Shown here: one piece after another, positions 25,997 to 35,026 of the stretch
How the letters are laid out: every line of letters starts with the position of its first letter
Position numbering within the stretch: the first letter of the stretch is position 1
IMG/VR virus record: IMGVR_UViG_3300045988_114239
Length of the DNA: 64,000 nucleotides
Reading direction: 5' to 3' (one strand)
DNA from: a virus
Program-made: the position numbers and the translations under genes
Notes under the pieces: model-generated
Seen by the model: only the letters and a program-made list of their open reading frames with translations
The model's database searches: none
Told to the model about the DNA's origin: nothing

Positions 25997-27012
25997 TGGT
26001 CCCGGAAACACATTTGCTATATAAGGAGTTTAATGGTGTGAAACGTCTTGCCATATCTTATTCCCAGATAGATACGTTTCTTACTTGTCCAATGAAATGG
26101 TATAAGACTTACGTAGAGGGTAAAAGGTCTACAGAAAAACAAGAAGCTACATCTTATGGTACGGTTATCCATAAAACACTGGAATACTTCTTTAAGAACG
26201 GAAGACAGCCTTCTGGTAAAGACCTTGGAGAAGCGATAAGTTACTATTCCTATCAAGAAGACATACCTTGGCAATCACCAGAAAATATGATGATAGCCAT
26301 GAAACAATCTGGGGAGCTTCTTGCTTGGATTGTGGATCTGTTCAAAAAAGACGGCAATAGGTTTATGATAGCTGATAGTGATCTTAATCCCTGTGAGAAA
26401 CTTATCAGACACGGTGCTATAGTTGGAGTAGAAGAAGATTTTGTGCTGCCGTATCGTCTTCCTAAGCCTGTTGATATAAATGGTGACGTTCATACACATG
26501 TGTACATAGTAGGATCAGTAGACCTTCATCTGGCTATAAAGAGCAAAGGGGTGATCCATCATTATGTCATAGATTGGAAATCAGGTAATAAAATTTTTGA
26601 TTCTAAAAAGCTGGAAACAAATTTACAGCATCCTATATATTCGTTTTACATCTATAGAAGATATGGTGGGGTTCTACCAGATATGAACATCTATTTCTTT
26701 ACCAGGACCAGGCAGTACCAAAAGGTTAAGGTGGATGAGGAACGTAAAACAAAATCTATAGAAATGCTAAATGACACTTTATCTAAAATGTATGATTTTG
26801 AAGATAATAGTGTAAAATCATTTCAAGCGTACATCCAGGGAGCAGAAGGAGCCAGGTATAGCAAGCGGCGTGCCACCCTAAGCCAGCCTGTTTCGCAAAA
26901 CAAGCTACCCTGCCCGTCAGCACTGTGTTATTATTGCGACTTTGGATTACATAACAAAAACGAATGCCCTTTCTCTTCGGATTGGGATCCGTCTAAAAAG
27001 ATAAAACGATGA
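25993..27012 (+). CDS. Cas4/RecB-like PD-(D/E)xK exonuclease with Fe-S cluster cysteines (CPMKW N-terminal; VIDWKSGN; C-terminal CPSALCYYC...C)
   Basis: One N-terminal and three C-terminal Cys plus a hhDWKSG motif give a Cas4-type architecture. Confidence 0.65.
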   Translation: MMVPETHLLYKEFNGVKRLAISYSQIDTFLTCPMKWYKTYVEGKRSTEKQEATSYGTVIHKTLEYFFKNGRQPSGKDLGEAISYYSYQEDIPWQSPENMMIAMKQSGELLAWIVDLFKKDGNRFMIADSDLNPCEKLIRHGAIVGVEEDFVLPYRLPKPVDINGDVHTHVYIVGSVDLHLAIKSKGVIHHYVIDWKSGNKIFDSKKLETNLQHPIYSFYIYRRYGGVLPDMNIYFFTRTRQYQKVKVDEERKTKSIEMLNDTLSKMYDFEDNSVKSFQAYIQGAEGARYSKRRATLSQPVSQNKLPCPSALCYYCDFGLHNKNECPFSSDWDPSKKIKR

Positions 27013-27151
27013 AATACGATGATGTTCAAAAGTTAAGAACAAAATACCGGCAAGATCCGGAAGTTATAAACTTGACATACATGAGAGACGTTGCTGTACG
27101 ATGCGGGAATTTCAAGAAAGCGTTTGAGCTTCAGGAGAAGCTGGAGGATAT

Positions 27152-27502
27152 ATGGTTCAACTATTTAAAAGGAGTGTAATGAAAGAAGATCTAATATGTG
27201 GAGTAGCGATCCTTTTGTATTTAGTTTTATTATACTTACTCACGACAGCTTTCATAAAAACAGGTAGAGCAGTAGAGCGTTATAAGATGAAGAAGAAAAC
27301 TGACAAAATCAAAGTAGGTCAAAGATACGAACATAAGAGCTACTTTGAGGATCCATTTGAAAGAGGCAAGCATGTGATTAAGATATTAGACATAAAAGAA
27401 GGGTACGCTCTATATGAGTACGAAGAAAAACTATATATACGTTCTTCTGTGAGTCTTGAAGATATTGTTAAAAGATATGTTTTAATTACTGATATAAAAT
27501 AA
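27152..27502 (+). CDS. hypothetical protein with N-terminal TM helix
   Basis: 116-aa ORF. Confidence 0.5.
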   Translation: MVQLFKRSVMKEDLICGVAILLYLVLLYLLTTAFIKTGRAVERYKMKKKTDKIKVGQRYEHKSYFEDPFERGKHVIKILDIKEGYALYEYEEKLYIRSSVSLEDIVKRYVLITDIK

Positions 27503-27508
27503 GGGGTT

Positions 27509-27895
27509 ATGGAAAAGAAAGTCACAATCAAAGAAGGAATGGGTATTTTTTACAAAAATGCAGGGAAAGATATATGGGTCTATATTGGACTTTTTGGAAA
27601 CAAAGTGCTATCCATTTTAAAAAACAAAGGTGTTATTGCATGCGAAAACGATGCTGAATATTGCGTGTTGATGGATGGAGAAGATCATTTTATAAGTATA
27701 GCAAAAGACATGAGTCACGACTATTGTTGTGAGTACGTTGTAGAAAGAGCAGAAGCCTACAGAGACTACCCCTCCAAAGGTGCTACATGCAGTGTATGCC
27801 TGTTTGAAGATAATGAGAATAAGGCAAGGGAGATGTTGAAAGAGGCGATAATAGAACTTTCAAAAAACAGTAAAATAGATTGCGATGGGCTTTGA
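27509..27895 (+). CDS. hypothetical protein
   Basis: 128-aa ORF. Confidence 0.5.
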   Translation: MEKKVTIKEGMGIFYKNAGKDIWVYIGLFGNKVLSILKNKGVIACENDAEYCVLMDGEDHFISIAKDMSHDYCCEYVVERAEAYRDYPSKGATCSVCLFEDNENKAREMLKEAIIELSKNSKIDCDGL

Positions 27896-29306
27896 ACTTA
27901 GACCTTACCAAAAAGAAGCAGTAGATGCCGGGCTTAAGTTTCTTACAGGAAGATCTAAGAAGCCTGGCATAATCGTAGCCCCATGCGGATGTGGAAAGAG
28001 CCTTCTGATATCCAAGATAGCACATGAAATAAATAGACCGACATTAGTATTACAGCCCTCAAAAGAGATTCTGGAGCAGAATTATGCAAAGGCCGTATCA
28101 TTCGGTTCTAAACCTACTATATATTCTGCTTCATGTGGTATAAAGGAGCTGTCGGCTATGACTTATGCAACATTAAAGAGCATAAAGAAAGATGTAGCGA
28201 GGTTGAAGGATATAGGGATAGATACCTTATTGATAGACGAATGTCATTCAGGATATTCTCCTGAAGAAGGTTCTGAATTTATGGAGTTTATGAACAGGTT
28301 CCCAGAGGCGAAGGTGCTGGGCTTCACCGCCACTCCCTGCCGCCTCCGAACCTACAGTTCCATGCTGGAAGGAAACTACAGCAAGCTCAATATGCTGACG
28401 AAAGACGAGCATAATTTCTTCAAGAAAATAGTTCATGTGACTCAAATACAAGAATTAACTTCTCAAGGGTTTTGGTGTCCACTTAAGTACGAACGATGGT
28501 CTTTTGATGAATCGGCTCTGATGTTGAACAGCACCGGAGCTGAATACACCAACGAATCTATTAAAGAAAGTATTGTACGAAATGGCTTAAACAACTCTAT
28601 CTACAAGCGCCTTCTTCAACTTATGAACGAACGTAAAGCCATTTTGGTTTGCATGGATTCTATTGAATCATGTAATAGAATATCAGAGTTCATGAATGCC
28701 AAGATGGGAGCCATAACCGGTGTCGTAACATCGCTAACAACCAAAAAGAAAAGAGAGCAAATTATATCCGATTTCAAAGAAGGAAAGTTGAAGGTGGTTT
28801 TTAATTATTCAACGCTTGCTACCGGATTTGATTTTCCTGAACTTGATTGTGTGATGTTTGGTCGCCCAACATTCTCATATTCAACATATTACCAAATATT
28901 AGGCCGCGCCGTCCGCATCCATCCTGACAAGAAAGAGGCGCTGATAGTTGATTGCTGCGACAACATGAGGCGTTTCGGTCGGATAGAAGACTTGACAATC
29001 GAACAATTCCCTTCTAAGGGCTGGTGTATGTTTGCCGGAGATCAACTTCTGTCCAATATAAGGATGGGTGATATTATTACCAAAGACGAGATCCTTCGCC
29101 GGGCAGCCTCGCTTAAATCTGTGAATGGAGATGGTAGGAGAGAAGACGATCTTGACAGTATAATAATGTGGTTTGGAAAATATGAAGGAATTAGATTCAA
29201 GGACATACCGGTGTCGTATTTTAGGTTCTTGGCTGAGAATATGGCAGTAAAACCAGGAGATAGAAAAGAAAAGATTATCGAATATTATAATAGGATAAAG
29301 GCATGA
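27885..29306 (+). CDS. Superfamily-2 helicase (motif I APCGCGKS, II DECH, III TATP, VI QILGRAVR)
   Basis: The full SF2 motif set is present in order. 473 aa. Confidence 0.85.
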   Translation: MGFELRPYQKEAVDAGLKFLTGRSKKPGIIVAPCGCGKSLLISKIAHEINRPTLVLQPSKEILEQNYAKAVSFGSKPTIYSASCGIKELSAMTYATLKSIKKDVARLKDIGIDTLLIDECHSGYSPEEGSEFMEFMNRFPEAKVLGFTATPCRLRTYSSMLEGNYSKLNMLTKDEHNFFKKIVHVTQIQELTSQGFWCPLKYERWSFDESALMLNSTGAEYTNESIKESIVRNGLNNSIYKRLLQLMNERKAILVCMDSIESCNRISEFMNAKMGAITGVVTSLTTKKKREQIISDFKEGKLKVVFNYSTLATGFDFPELDCVMFGRPTFSYSTYYQILGRAVRIHPDKKEALIVDCCDNMRRFGRIEDLTIEQFPSKGWCMFAGDQLLSNIRMGDIITKDEILRRAASLKSVNGDGRREDDLDSIIMWFGKYEGIRFKDIPVSYFRFLAENMAVKPGDRKEKIIEYYNRIKA

Positions 29307-29659
29307 ACAACAAGAGAAGAAAAAAAATATCGGATGTTATTAACAATGTAAATAAGTATAAAACGGATTTTGAATACATCAAATCAAAGTTGTCAGAGTT
29401 GAAGCACAACATAAATTCAGCCAAAGATGATGTTGATATGATTTTAGACGAAGAGACTGAGGCGAGAGATAATATACCTGAATCGTTACAAGACTCAGAA
29501 AGATATTGGGAATCAGATCAGGCTGTAACTTATATGGAGGAGGTGGTTGATGACATGGAAGGTATTATAAATTATTTAGATGATGTGATTTCAACCATAG
29601 ATGGGAGCATTAAAACTATAAATGGTTCTATTAAAGTAAATTTGGAAGGAATAATATAA
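29303..29659 (+). CDS. hypothetical protein
   Basis: 118-aa ORF with an ATGA overlap. Confidence 0.5.
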   Translation: MNNKRRKKISDVINNVNKYKTDFEYIKSKLSELKHNINSAKDDVDMILDEETEARDNIPESLQDSERYWESDQAVTYMEEVVDDMEGIINYLDDVISTIDGSIKTINGSIKVNLEGII

Positions 29660-29947
29660 ATGGAAACAAATGAATTAAGGGAAATACTTAAATTGTATGG
29701 TCTTCAACATGATGTTGTTATCAACAAGAGTTCAAGAAGGTATTCTATTATCTTAGATAATAACATAATAGGAACCAATCACGACAAAGAGAGGGTGGTT
29801 GTGTTCCGTCCTATACCGGAAGGGAAAAACACATTCTGCATGGAACGAGATAGGTTCTATACGGAGTTTGAAGAGGCTTTTGATGATGATAAGGCTATAG
29901 AAGCCGTAAGACAATATTTTGAAAACAACAAAAATGGAAGGTTATGA
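29660..29947 (+). CDS. hypothetical protein
   Basis: 95-aa ORF. Confidence 0.5.
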   Translation: METNELREILKLYGLQHDVVINKSSRRYSIILDNNIIGTNHDKERVVVFRPIPEGKNTFCMERDRFYTEFEEAFDDDKAIEAVRQYFENNKNGRL

Positions 29948-30291
29948 ACGAAAACGAAATATTTAGGTTAAAGGGCAGAATCGCTATATCTAACCTATCA
30001 CGTGAGGACAAGGATATGATAAATAGCATCCTTGATGGTGTCAACAAAAAGGATGAAGAGGAAAAAGGATATGTCTATACCGTGAGAGCAAAACTAAACA
30101 ACGAAAAGATTGTACATGCTACTTTATTTTTTAAAAGCAAGACAGGTCCCACATTTGAAGAATTAAAGAAGGAGCTTGATGATATGGGAGTTAAAAGTGG
30201 TGATTATAGCAATAACGGCATAATTATCATTAACCGCATTGTTATGAGCGGAGAAGAATTTGATCGCTTTATAGGCGAAGAAGAAAAATAA
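29944..30291 (+). CDS. hypothetical protein
   Basis: 115-aa ORF with an ATGA overlap. Confidence 0.5.
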   Translation: MNENEIFRLKGRIAISNLSREDKDMINSILDGVNKKDEEEKGYVYTVRAKLNNEKIVHATLFFKSKTGPTFEELKKELDDMGVKSGDYSNNGIIIINRIVMSGEEFDRFIGEEEK

Positions 30292-30335
30292 TGGACTATA
30301 TCATTATACTAATTGATTAAAACAACGATAAAACG

Positions 30336-30902
30336 ATGGAAAAAATGGACAATAATACTAAAAACATCCTTTATCCAAAAGGATCTATTTTTCAAACACT
30401 GAAAGATGATAAGATAGATAAAAACACTATAATATACAAAGGATCTTTAGTGACTTCAGCAACAAACATAAAAGAAAATGACAAGTTTGCTGAAGTTTAT
30501 TACAATGGAGACGCAATTATTATAGAAACAGACATTATGGAACTTATTCGTGTAGGAGATCCAGAAAAAAGTACTTCAATAAAATCAGTGAAAAATGACA
30601 TCATTGACGACAAACTACGATGGGATTTGCTTCCGATGGAAGAGATTGAAGACATTGTAAGAGTCTATCATGCCGGAGCCAAGAAATATGGGTCTAATAA
30701 TTGGCAGAATCTTGACGACGGATTTGAACGGTATCGAGCTGCAATGTTTAGACACCTAATGGAATACATGAAAGGGGAAAGAGTGGATTCCGATACAGGA
30801 TGTTTTCATCTTGCACAATGTGCATGGAACTGTATAGCTATGCTGTGGTATGACAAGCACGGAAAAGGGTTAATGCCTTTAAGTAAGGAGGAAAAGAAAT
30901 GA
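30336..30902 (+). CDS. possible phage nucleotide pyrophosphohydrolase-like protein (DUF5664-like; WDLLP...YHAGAKKYG..NW)
   Basis: Recognition of this motif is from memory and could not be verified. 188 aa. Confidence 0.3.
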   Translation: MEKMDNNTKNILYPKGSIFQTLKDDKIDKNTIIYKGSLVTSATNIKENDKFAEVYYNGDAIIIETDIMELIRVGDPEKSTSIKSVKNDIIDDKLRWDLLPMEEIEDIVRVYHAGAKKYGSNNWQNLDDGFERYRAAMFRHLMEYMKGERVDSDTGCFHLAQCAWNCIAMLWYDKHGKGLMPLSKEEKK

Positions 30903-31207
30903 CAAAAGAACAGCTAAATTATTTATGGGAAAAAGAGCTTCGTGCTATAAGAAATCATAAAGACAATATTGATAGAATCAAAAAAGAGTATTTCGATTCT
31001 GTTTATGGGTTAAAGAAGGGAGATAAAGTGAGCGTTTTTTACAAACGTTCGAAAGAGCCTCTTGTTGGTTTTTTTAAGAGCGTGCAAATCATGAGTCCTG
31101 GAACAGTTATATTTACAATCCAGGAAGTTAATAAAGAAGGAAGACCGGGAAGAGGATCTTATTTGGTGCATGAAGACGATTTAAGCGAAATCAAAAAAGT
31201 AGAATAA
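30899..31207 (+). CDS. hypothetical protein
   Basis: 102-aa ORF with a TAAGGAGG Shine-Dalgarno. Confidence 0.5.
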   Translation: MTKEQLNYLWEKELRAIRNHKDNIDRIKKEYFDSVYGLKKGDKVSVFYKRSKEPLVGFFKSVQIMSPGTVIFTIQEVNKEGRPGRGSYLVHEDDLSEIKKVE

Positions 31208-31208
31208 C

Positions 31209-31739
31209 ATGATTAAAGCAAGATTTTACATTAGAAAGGATGACTGTAACAATGATTACCGTCCAGTCAAATGGCCTATAAAATATCCATATTGGTGTAG
31301 TGCAGAATCCAGTAATTCATTTGTATTGGTAGCATATGCTGAAGACGAGAACAGTATAAAAGAGCTGTGGCCGGAGGCGTATGATATTAATGTCTTAGAA
31401 AAAGATACCGAGATTAGATTTACATTAAGATTTCCTAAACCAGAATGGTATGAATTGTACGAAAGGGAATTAGAAGAATGTGATAGGTTTATATGGATTA
31501 CAGATGCGTGCATGAGAGACGGTATAATAAGAAAAGTAAAAGCTAAAATAGAAGAGTATGGTGGTCTTTTGTTAGCCGACATTCCTGATAGGATCACTCC
31601 TTATGAAATAGGAAGGGATGCTTTTGAGAGCAAAGAAGAAGCTTTAAAACATGCAGAGGAACGGAGAACGTACCTGATCGAATTGACTAAGAAACAATTG
31701 AATGAACTTGAAAATCTAAAATTCGAATGTGATGATTAA
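31209..31739 (+). CDS. hypothetical protein
   Basis: 176-aa ORF. Confidence 0.55.
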   Translation: MIKARFYIRKDDCNNDYRPVKWPIKYPYWCSAESSNSFVLVAYAEDENSIKELWPEAYDINVLEKDTEIRFTLRFPKPEWYELYERELEECDRFIWITDACMRDGIIRKVKAKIEEYGGLLLADIPDRITPYEIGRDAFESKEEALKHAEERRTYLIELTKKQLNELENLKFECDD

Positions 31740-32445
31740 CTACGCAGCAAAAGCCAGAAGAGCTTATTTGATAAACAATTTCGATAAGATTCTTAACAGT
31801 CTTAACACACTTCATTCAACGGTTGAGACCATGACGTTGTTCGTAAACGACCAGGCTTATAATTACATTATTAAACTGAAGGAGGTAATTAAAGGCAGTC
31901 CTATGTATAAGCACAACATCAAGCGCTTTTTAAATGATATGGATAAGGAGATAAAGAGGTATAATGCTTCTATCTATTACATAAATAAAGAGCGTAGTGA
32001 GGTTATAGCTGATATAACACAAGTTATGGAAGACTGCCTCATGCCATACATAGACAACCTGGCTGGCGCTATAAGGGCAGCCGTGTGGTCGAAGGGTGTG
32101 TCTGAGGAGCGGACGGAAGCGGCGGTCCTGGCCCTTATCGTGTCTTCCTTGGCTCTGACATCCAGCAGACTTATCTCAGGTGGATATCAGATCATGAAAG
32201 AAATGGGTGGGGGTCAAGGTGGTAATCCATTTACGTTTATGAGCATTGATAAGATAAGACACTTATCTACATCATTATCTGATGCTATTACCGGTGGAGA
32301 AATAGCTCTTGAGGAAAAAGAAGCCAATGACATAACTAAGGCGATGGATGTCTTTATTGAAAAAATGTCGGATTCGGATATTGTTGACAAGGTAATCAGC
32401 ATACTCGAAGAGGCAGAATCTAAAAACAAGGAGGAGCGATCGTGA
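31729..32445 (+). CDS. hypothetical protein
   Basis: 238-aa ORF. Confidence 0.55.
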   Translation: MMINYAAKARRAYLINNFDKILNSLNTLHSTVETMTLFVNDQAYNYIIKLKEVIKGSPMYKHNIKRFLNDMDKEIKRYNASIYYINKERSEVIADITQVMEDCLMPYIDNLAGAIRAAVWSKGVSEERTEAAVLALIVSSLALTSSRLISGGYQIMKEMGGGQGGNPFTFMSIDKIRHLSTSLSDAITGGEIALEEKEANDITKAMDVFIEKMSDSDIVDKVISILEEAESKNKEERS

Positions 32446-32633
32446 ATTATTTGGATGGATATGTAGAAGAAGTTCTTTCCGAGACGTACTATGATGATTA
32501 CGGCTCTGGGATTTTTAGGTGGTGGGTAAAAGTATCTTACGTTTGTGAAGGCATAAGAGCTGTCACTACCTTAATGTTTGATACGAGAGAAGAAGCGGAA
32601 GCAGTAAAAACAGGTTATAAATTTTTATGCTGA
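32442..32633 (+). CDS. hypothetical protein (GTG start, AAGGAGG Shine-Dalgarno)
   Basis: 63-aa ORF. Confidence 0.4.
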   Translation: MNYLDGYVEEVLSETYYDDYGSGIFRWWVKVSYVCEGIRAVTTLMFDTREEAEAVKTGYKFLC

Positions 32634-32640
32634 AAATAAT

Positions 32641-32874
32641 ATGAGATATTTTGTTTTATTGATGATATTTATATTATCATCATGTTCAAATAATCATCAG
32701 GTTAATGACGGATGGGTTATATATGATCTACGCCCTTTACAGGGTGGACGTGTGATGTATTATGCTGAAGACGAAAGAATTTCAATATTTAAACATAATA
32801 GAATCATAAAATTCGTTAGACGCCAAGGGGAATACAATATCGGAGATTCTGTTAAAATAGTAAAAATAGAATGA
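32641..32874 (+). CDS. putative small lipoprotein (signal peptide plus LSSC lipobox)
   Basis: N-terminus MRYFVLLMIFILSSCSNN. Confidence 0.55.
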   Translation: MRYFVLLMIFILSSCSNNHQVNDGWVIYDLRPLQGGRVMYYAEDERISIFKHNRIIKFVRRQGEYNIGDSVKIVKIE

Positions 32875-32875
32875 T

Positions 32876-33364
32876 ATGGAAAAGAATTTAAAACTTGTAT
32901 GTCCTAAGTGTGGTGCCAAGCACAACCCCAACTCTACACATTCGATGGATGCCTCGGATTTCATAGAAGGGGACATTAGGACCATTATGGAAGAACGTGG
33001 GTGGTGCTTTCAGTGTGCCTGCTGGCAGAATATATACAACGTACACAAAGACGATCCAGGATGGGTTAGAATAGATGGCGTAAGCTGGATTATCAAACCT
33101 ACGGCAGCGATCGTGCCAAGTGGATGGAATGCTCTTGGATGTGGAGGGAGAAAGATGTATATCAACATCGAAGGAAAGGGTATTGTTGTATCTAATAATA
33201 CTTGGTGCCAGGGCGATGTTCCAAAAGTCTTTAAGGAACTGATGCCTGATAATGCCACTTGGGCTACGAAGGAGGAATTTGACAAAGCTCCTGTAGTAGG
33301 ATACGTTATAGAAGGTGCTGGTTTAGTTTTCACAGATAGGATAGGTCATGAAGTTAATGCTTAG
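32876..33364 (+). CDS. CPKCG Zn-ribbon family protein, paralog of 13727-14170; last gene of plus block
   Basis: 162 aa, alignable along its whole length with 13727-14170. Confidence 0.6.
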   Translation: MEKNLKLVCPKCGAKHNPNSTHSMDASDFIEGDIRTIMEERGWCFQCACWQNIYNVHKDDPGWVRIDGVSWIIKPTAAIVPSGWNALGCGGRKMYINIEGKGIVVSNNTWCQGDVPKVFKELMPDNATWATKEEFDKAPVVGYVIEGAGLVFTDRIGHEVNA

Positions 33365-33408
33365 AAATTTATTTCATGTTCTGCTTATACAAGAAAAGAT
33401 GGTAACTG

Positions 33409-33453
33409 CAACAATTCCCAACCATACAATAGGCGTACGGTTGGGAATTGTTG
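33409..33453. terminator. Bidirectional intrinsic terminator: perfect 15-bp stem CAACAATTCCCAACC / GGTTGGGAATTGTTG, 15-nt loop
   Basis: Found by exact reverse-complement reading. It sits exactly at the convergence of the plus and minus gene blocks and is flanked by T-rich tracts on both strands. Confidence 0.7.
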
Positions 33454-34190
33454 TCATATCGTAAAATTAAGTGTTTTTTCTAATATCAGATATTCAGTAT
33501 GAACTTTACTTCCGCCATCATCTATCAAGTCCAAATTAATATAAGCTGTATATGATACATGATGATCACCAGGAGTGAGACTCTTCATTTCTGGTAAGAA
33601 CATAGAATTTAAACCTTGGCCGGACCATGATTCTGGATATGGCAAAGGTGTAAAGTCGGCATCTGTACATCTTACAACCCAAGTAAGATTAGGGTCTGCC
33701 CTAACTATTCTATCATGAGGTCCATCAATTACAAGATCTGGCTTCTTATATTGTTGACTCTCATAATTAAGAACAATAGAATAACCAAAGTTTACACCAT
33801 ATATACGAGAAGGTGGAGTAAAGCTTGTTATTAAAAATGTTCTATTAATCCTATTGGTTGTCCTTAGCGTAAACTTATTAGGTGCTACCACACCTACTAT
33901 AAACCCGTAAGAAGGAGAGGTTGTTAAACCAATAGTAAGAATCACAGAATCCTGCTCAAGCACTTGCTTTGTCGTATCAACCCGACTGTCGATCTCTTGT
34001 CTATCTTCAGTTGGCACACCTCCTTGAATATACACAGAATCCAACCGCTTTTTAGGAGATTGGTATATAAACTCACCACTATCGGGGACGGTGCCTATCA
34101 GCTCATAATCTACATAAATCCCCCCCCTATGCAGTTACTAACTATCTTATACTCATATAGTTTAGCATTATTTTCAAATCTTCGTCTCAT
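33454..34190 (-). CDS. MRRRF-initiated protein, paralog 1, interrupted by a G8 homopolymer (C8 on plus strand, 34120-34127); intact ~245 aa only with 9 G
   Basis: An ATG at 34190 (MRRRFENNAKLYEYKIVSNCIGG) runs into a stop right after G8. The long ORF 33454-34044 is open upstream to the tract in the +1 frame. Confidence 0.55.
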
Positions 34191-34194
34191 AATT

Positions 34195-34813
34195 TTATAA
34201 AATTAATTCAGTAAAAGGACGGACATAATGTGAACTACCCCTTGAACCTGTATCCAAATGATCTCCTTGGATGTTTATATCATAATACCACGAATAGGAA
34301 AATTTTTCATTTCGAGTGGATGTCCACATTCTATTACTCATTATCGTACCTCCTACCATTAAAAGGCATTCGTTTATTTCATTAGCATACAATGATATCA
34401 AAAAAAAACTCTCCGGCGCCACCTACATATCCATTTTGACCATTTTTAAATAAATAGCTATTAGCTTTATTAAAAGCGTAATCTGTATTACTGGTATCAT
34501 ATTCAAGATACGCATTCTGATTTTCACGCCCCCAATAATCCTTTTTAATAGTTCCCATATGAGAACTATCTTGTGCAAATATATTGTCTATTTCTCCATC
34601 CTTACCCCAACGAAATGTGCCAATATATTCGGTGGCTATAACAAAACACACTTTATCTACAAGAGCTATTCCATTGCATAGATCATTGGAATATCCTTTA
34701 TTAGACCAATTTTCTTTTGTATATAATCCTCCATCTACATGTTGGATGTATATGCCTTTATTGATTATAAGCGAGGGATTTACCCCCATCCCTATTTGAA
34801 ATCTTCGTCTCAT
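34195..34813 (-). CDS. MRRRF-initiated protein, paralog 2, interrupted by a T9 homopolymer (A9 on plus strand, 34400-34408); conserved C-terminal domain lies in the shifted frame
   Basis: An ATG at 34813 runs to a stop at 34382. The shifted frame after T9 encodes SYSWYYDINIQGDHLDTGSRGSSH, which aligns with the paralog-1 C-terminus SYTAYINLDLIDDGGSKVH. Confidence 0.55.
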
Positions 34814-34866
34814 GATTTTTGTTTGCAAGATAGCAATAATTGACAACATAAAAGAAACCGGTTCCC

Positions 34867-34900
34867 TATCATCTCTGACTGAGAACCGGTAAGAAAACAA
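34867..34900 (-). terminator. Rho-independent terminator candidate after the 2140-aa gene (8-bp stem ACCGGTTC/GAACCGGT followed by TTCTTTT on minus strand)
   Basis: Direct reading of the hairpin and T tract. Confidence 0.5.
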
Positions 34901-35026
34901 TTTCAGAAAAAATTAAACCTACATAATCTTTCAAGTAAGAACAAAAAACGTACAATCTACTCTTTGACGATGCTAATATAACATATTGGAATCATACAAA
35001 AACAATGCAAGTCCGATATTCTTCGT

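Noticed and set aside
33964-34200. 78-aa plus-strand ORF
   Set aside because: It is antisense to the frameshifted MRRRF paralog-1 5' region and spans its G8 tract.
34382-34900. N-terminal extension MFSYRFSVRDDREPVSFMLSIIAILQTKI of the ORF-track call for paralog 2
   Set aside because: The paralog and the conserved nucleotide block ATGAGACGAAGATTT indicate the real start is the internal MRRRF at 34813. The extension would also run through the predicted terminator hairpin.
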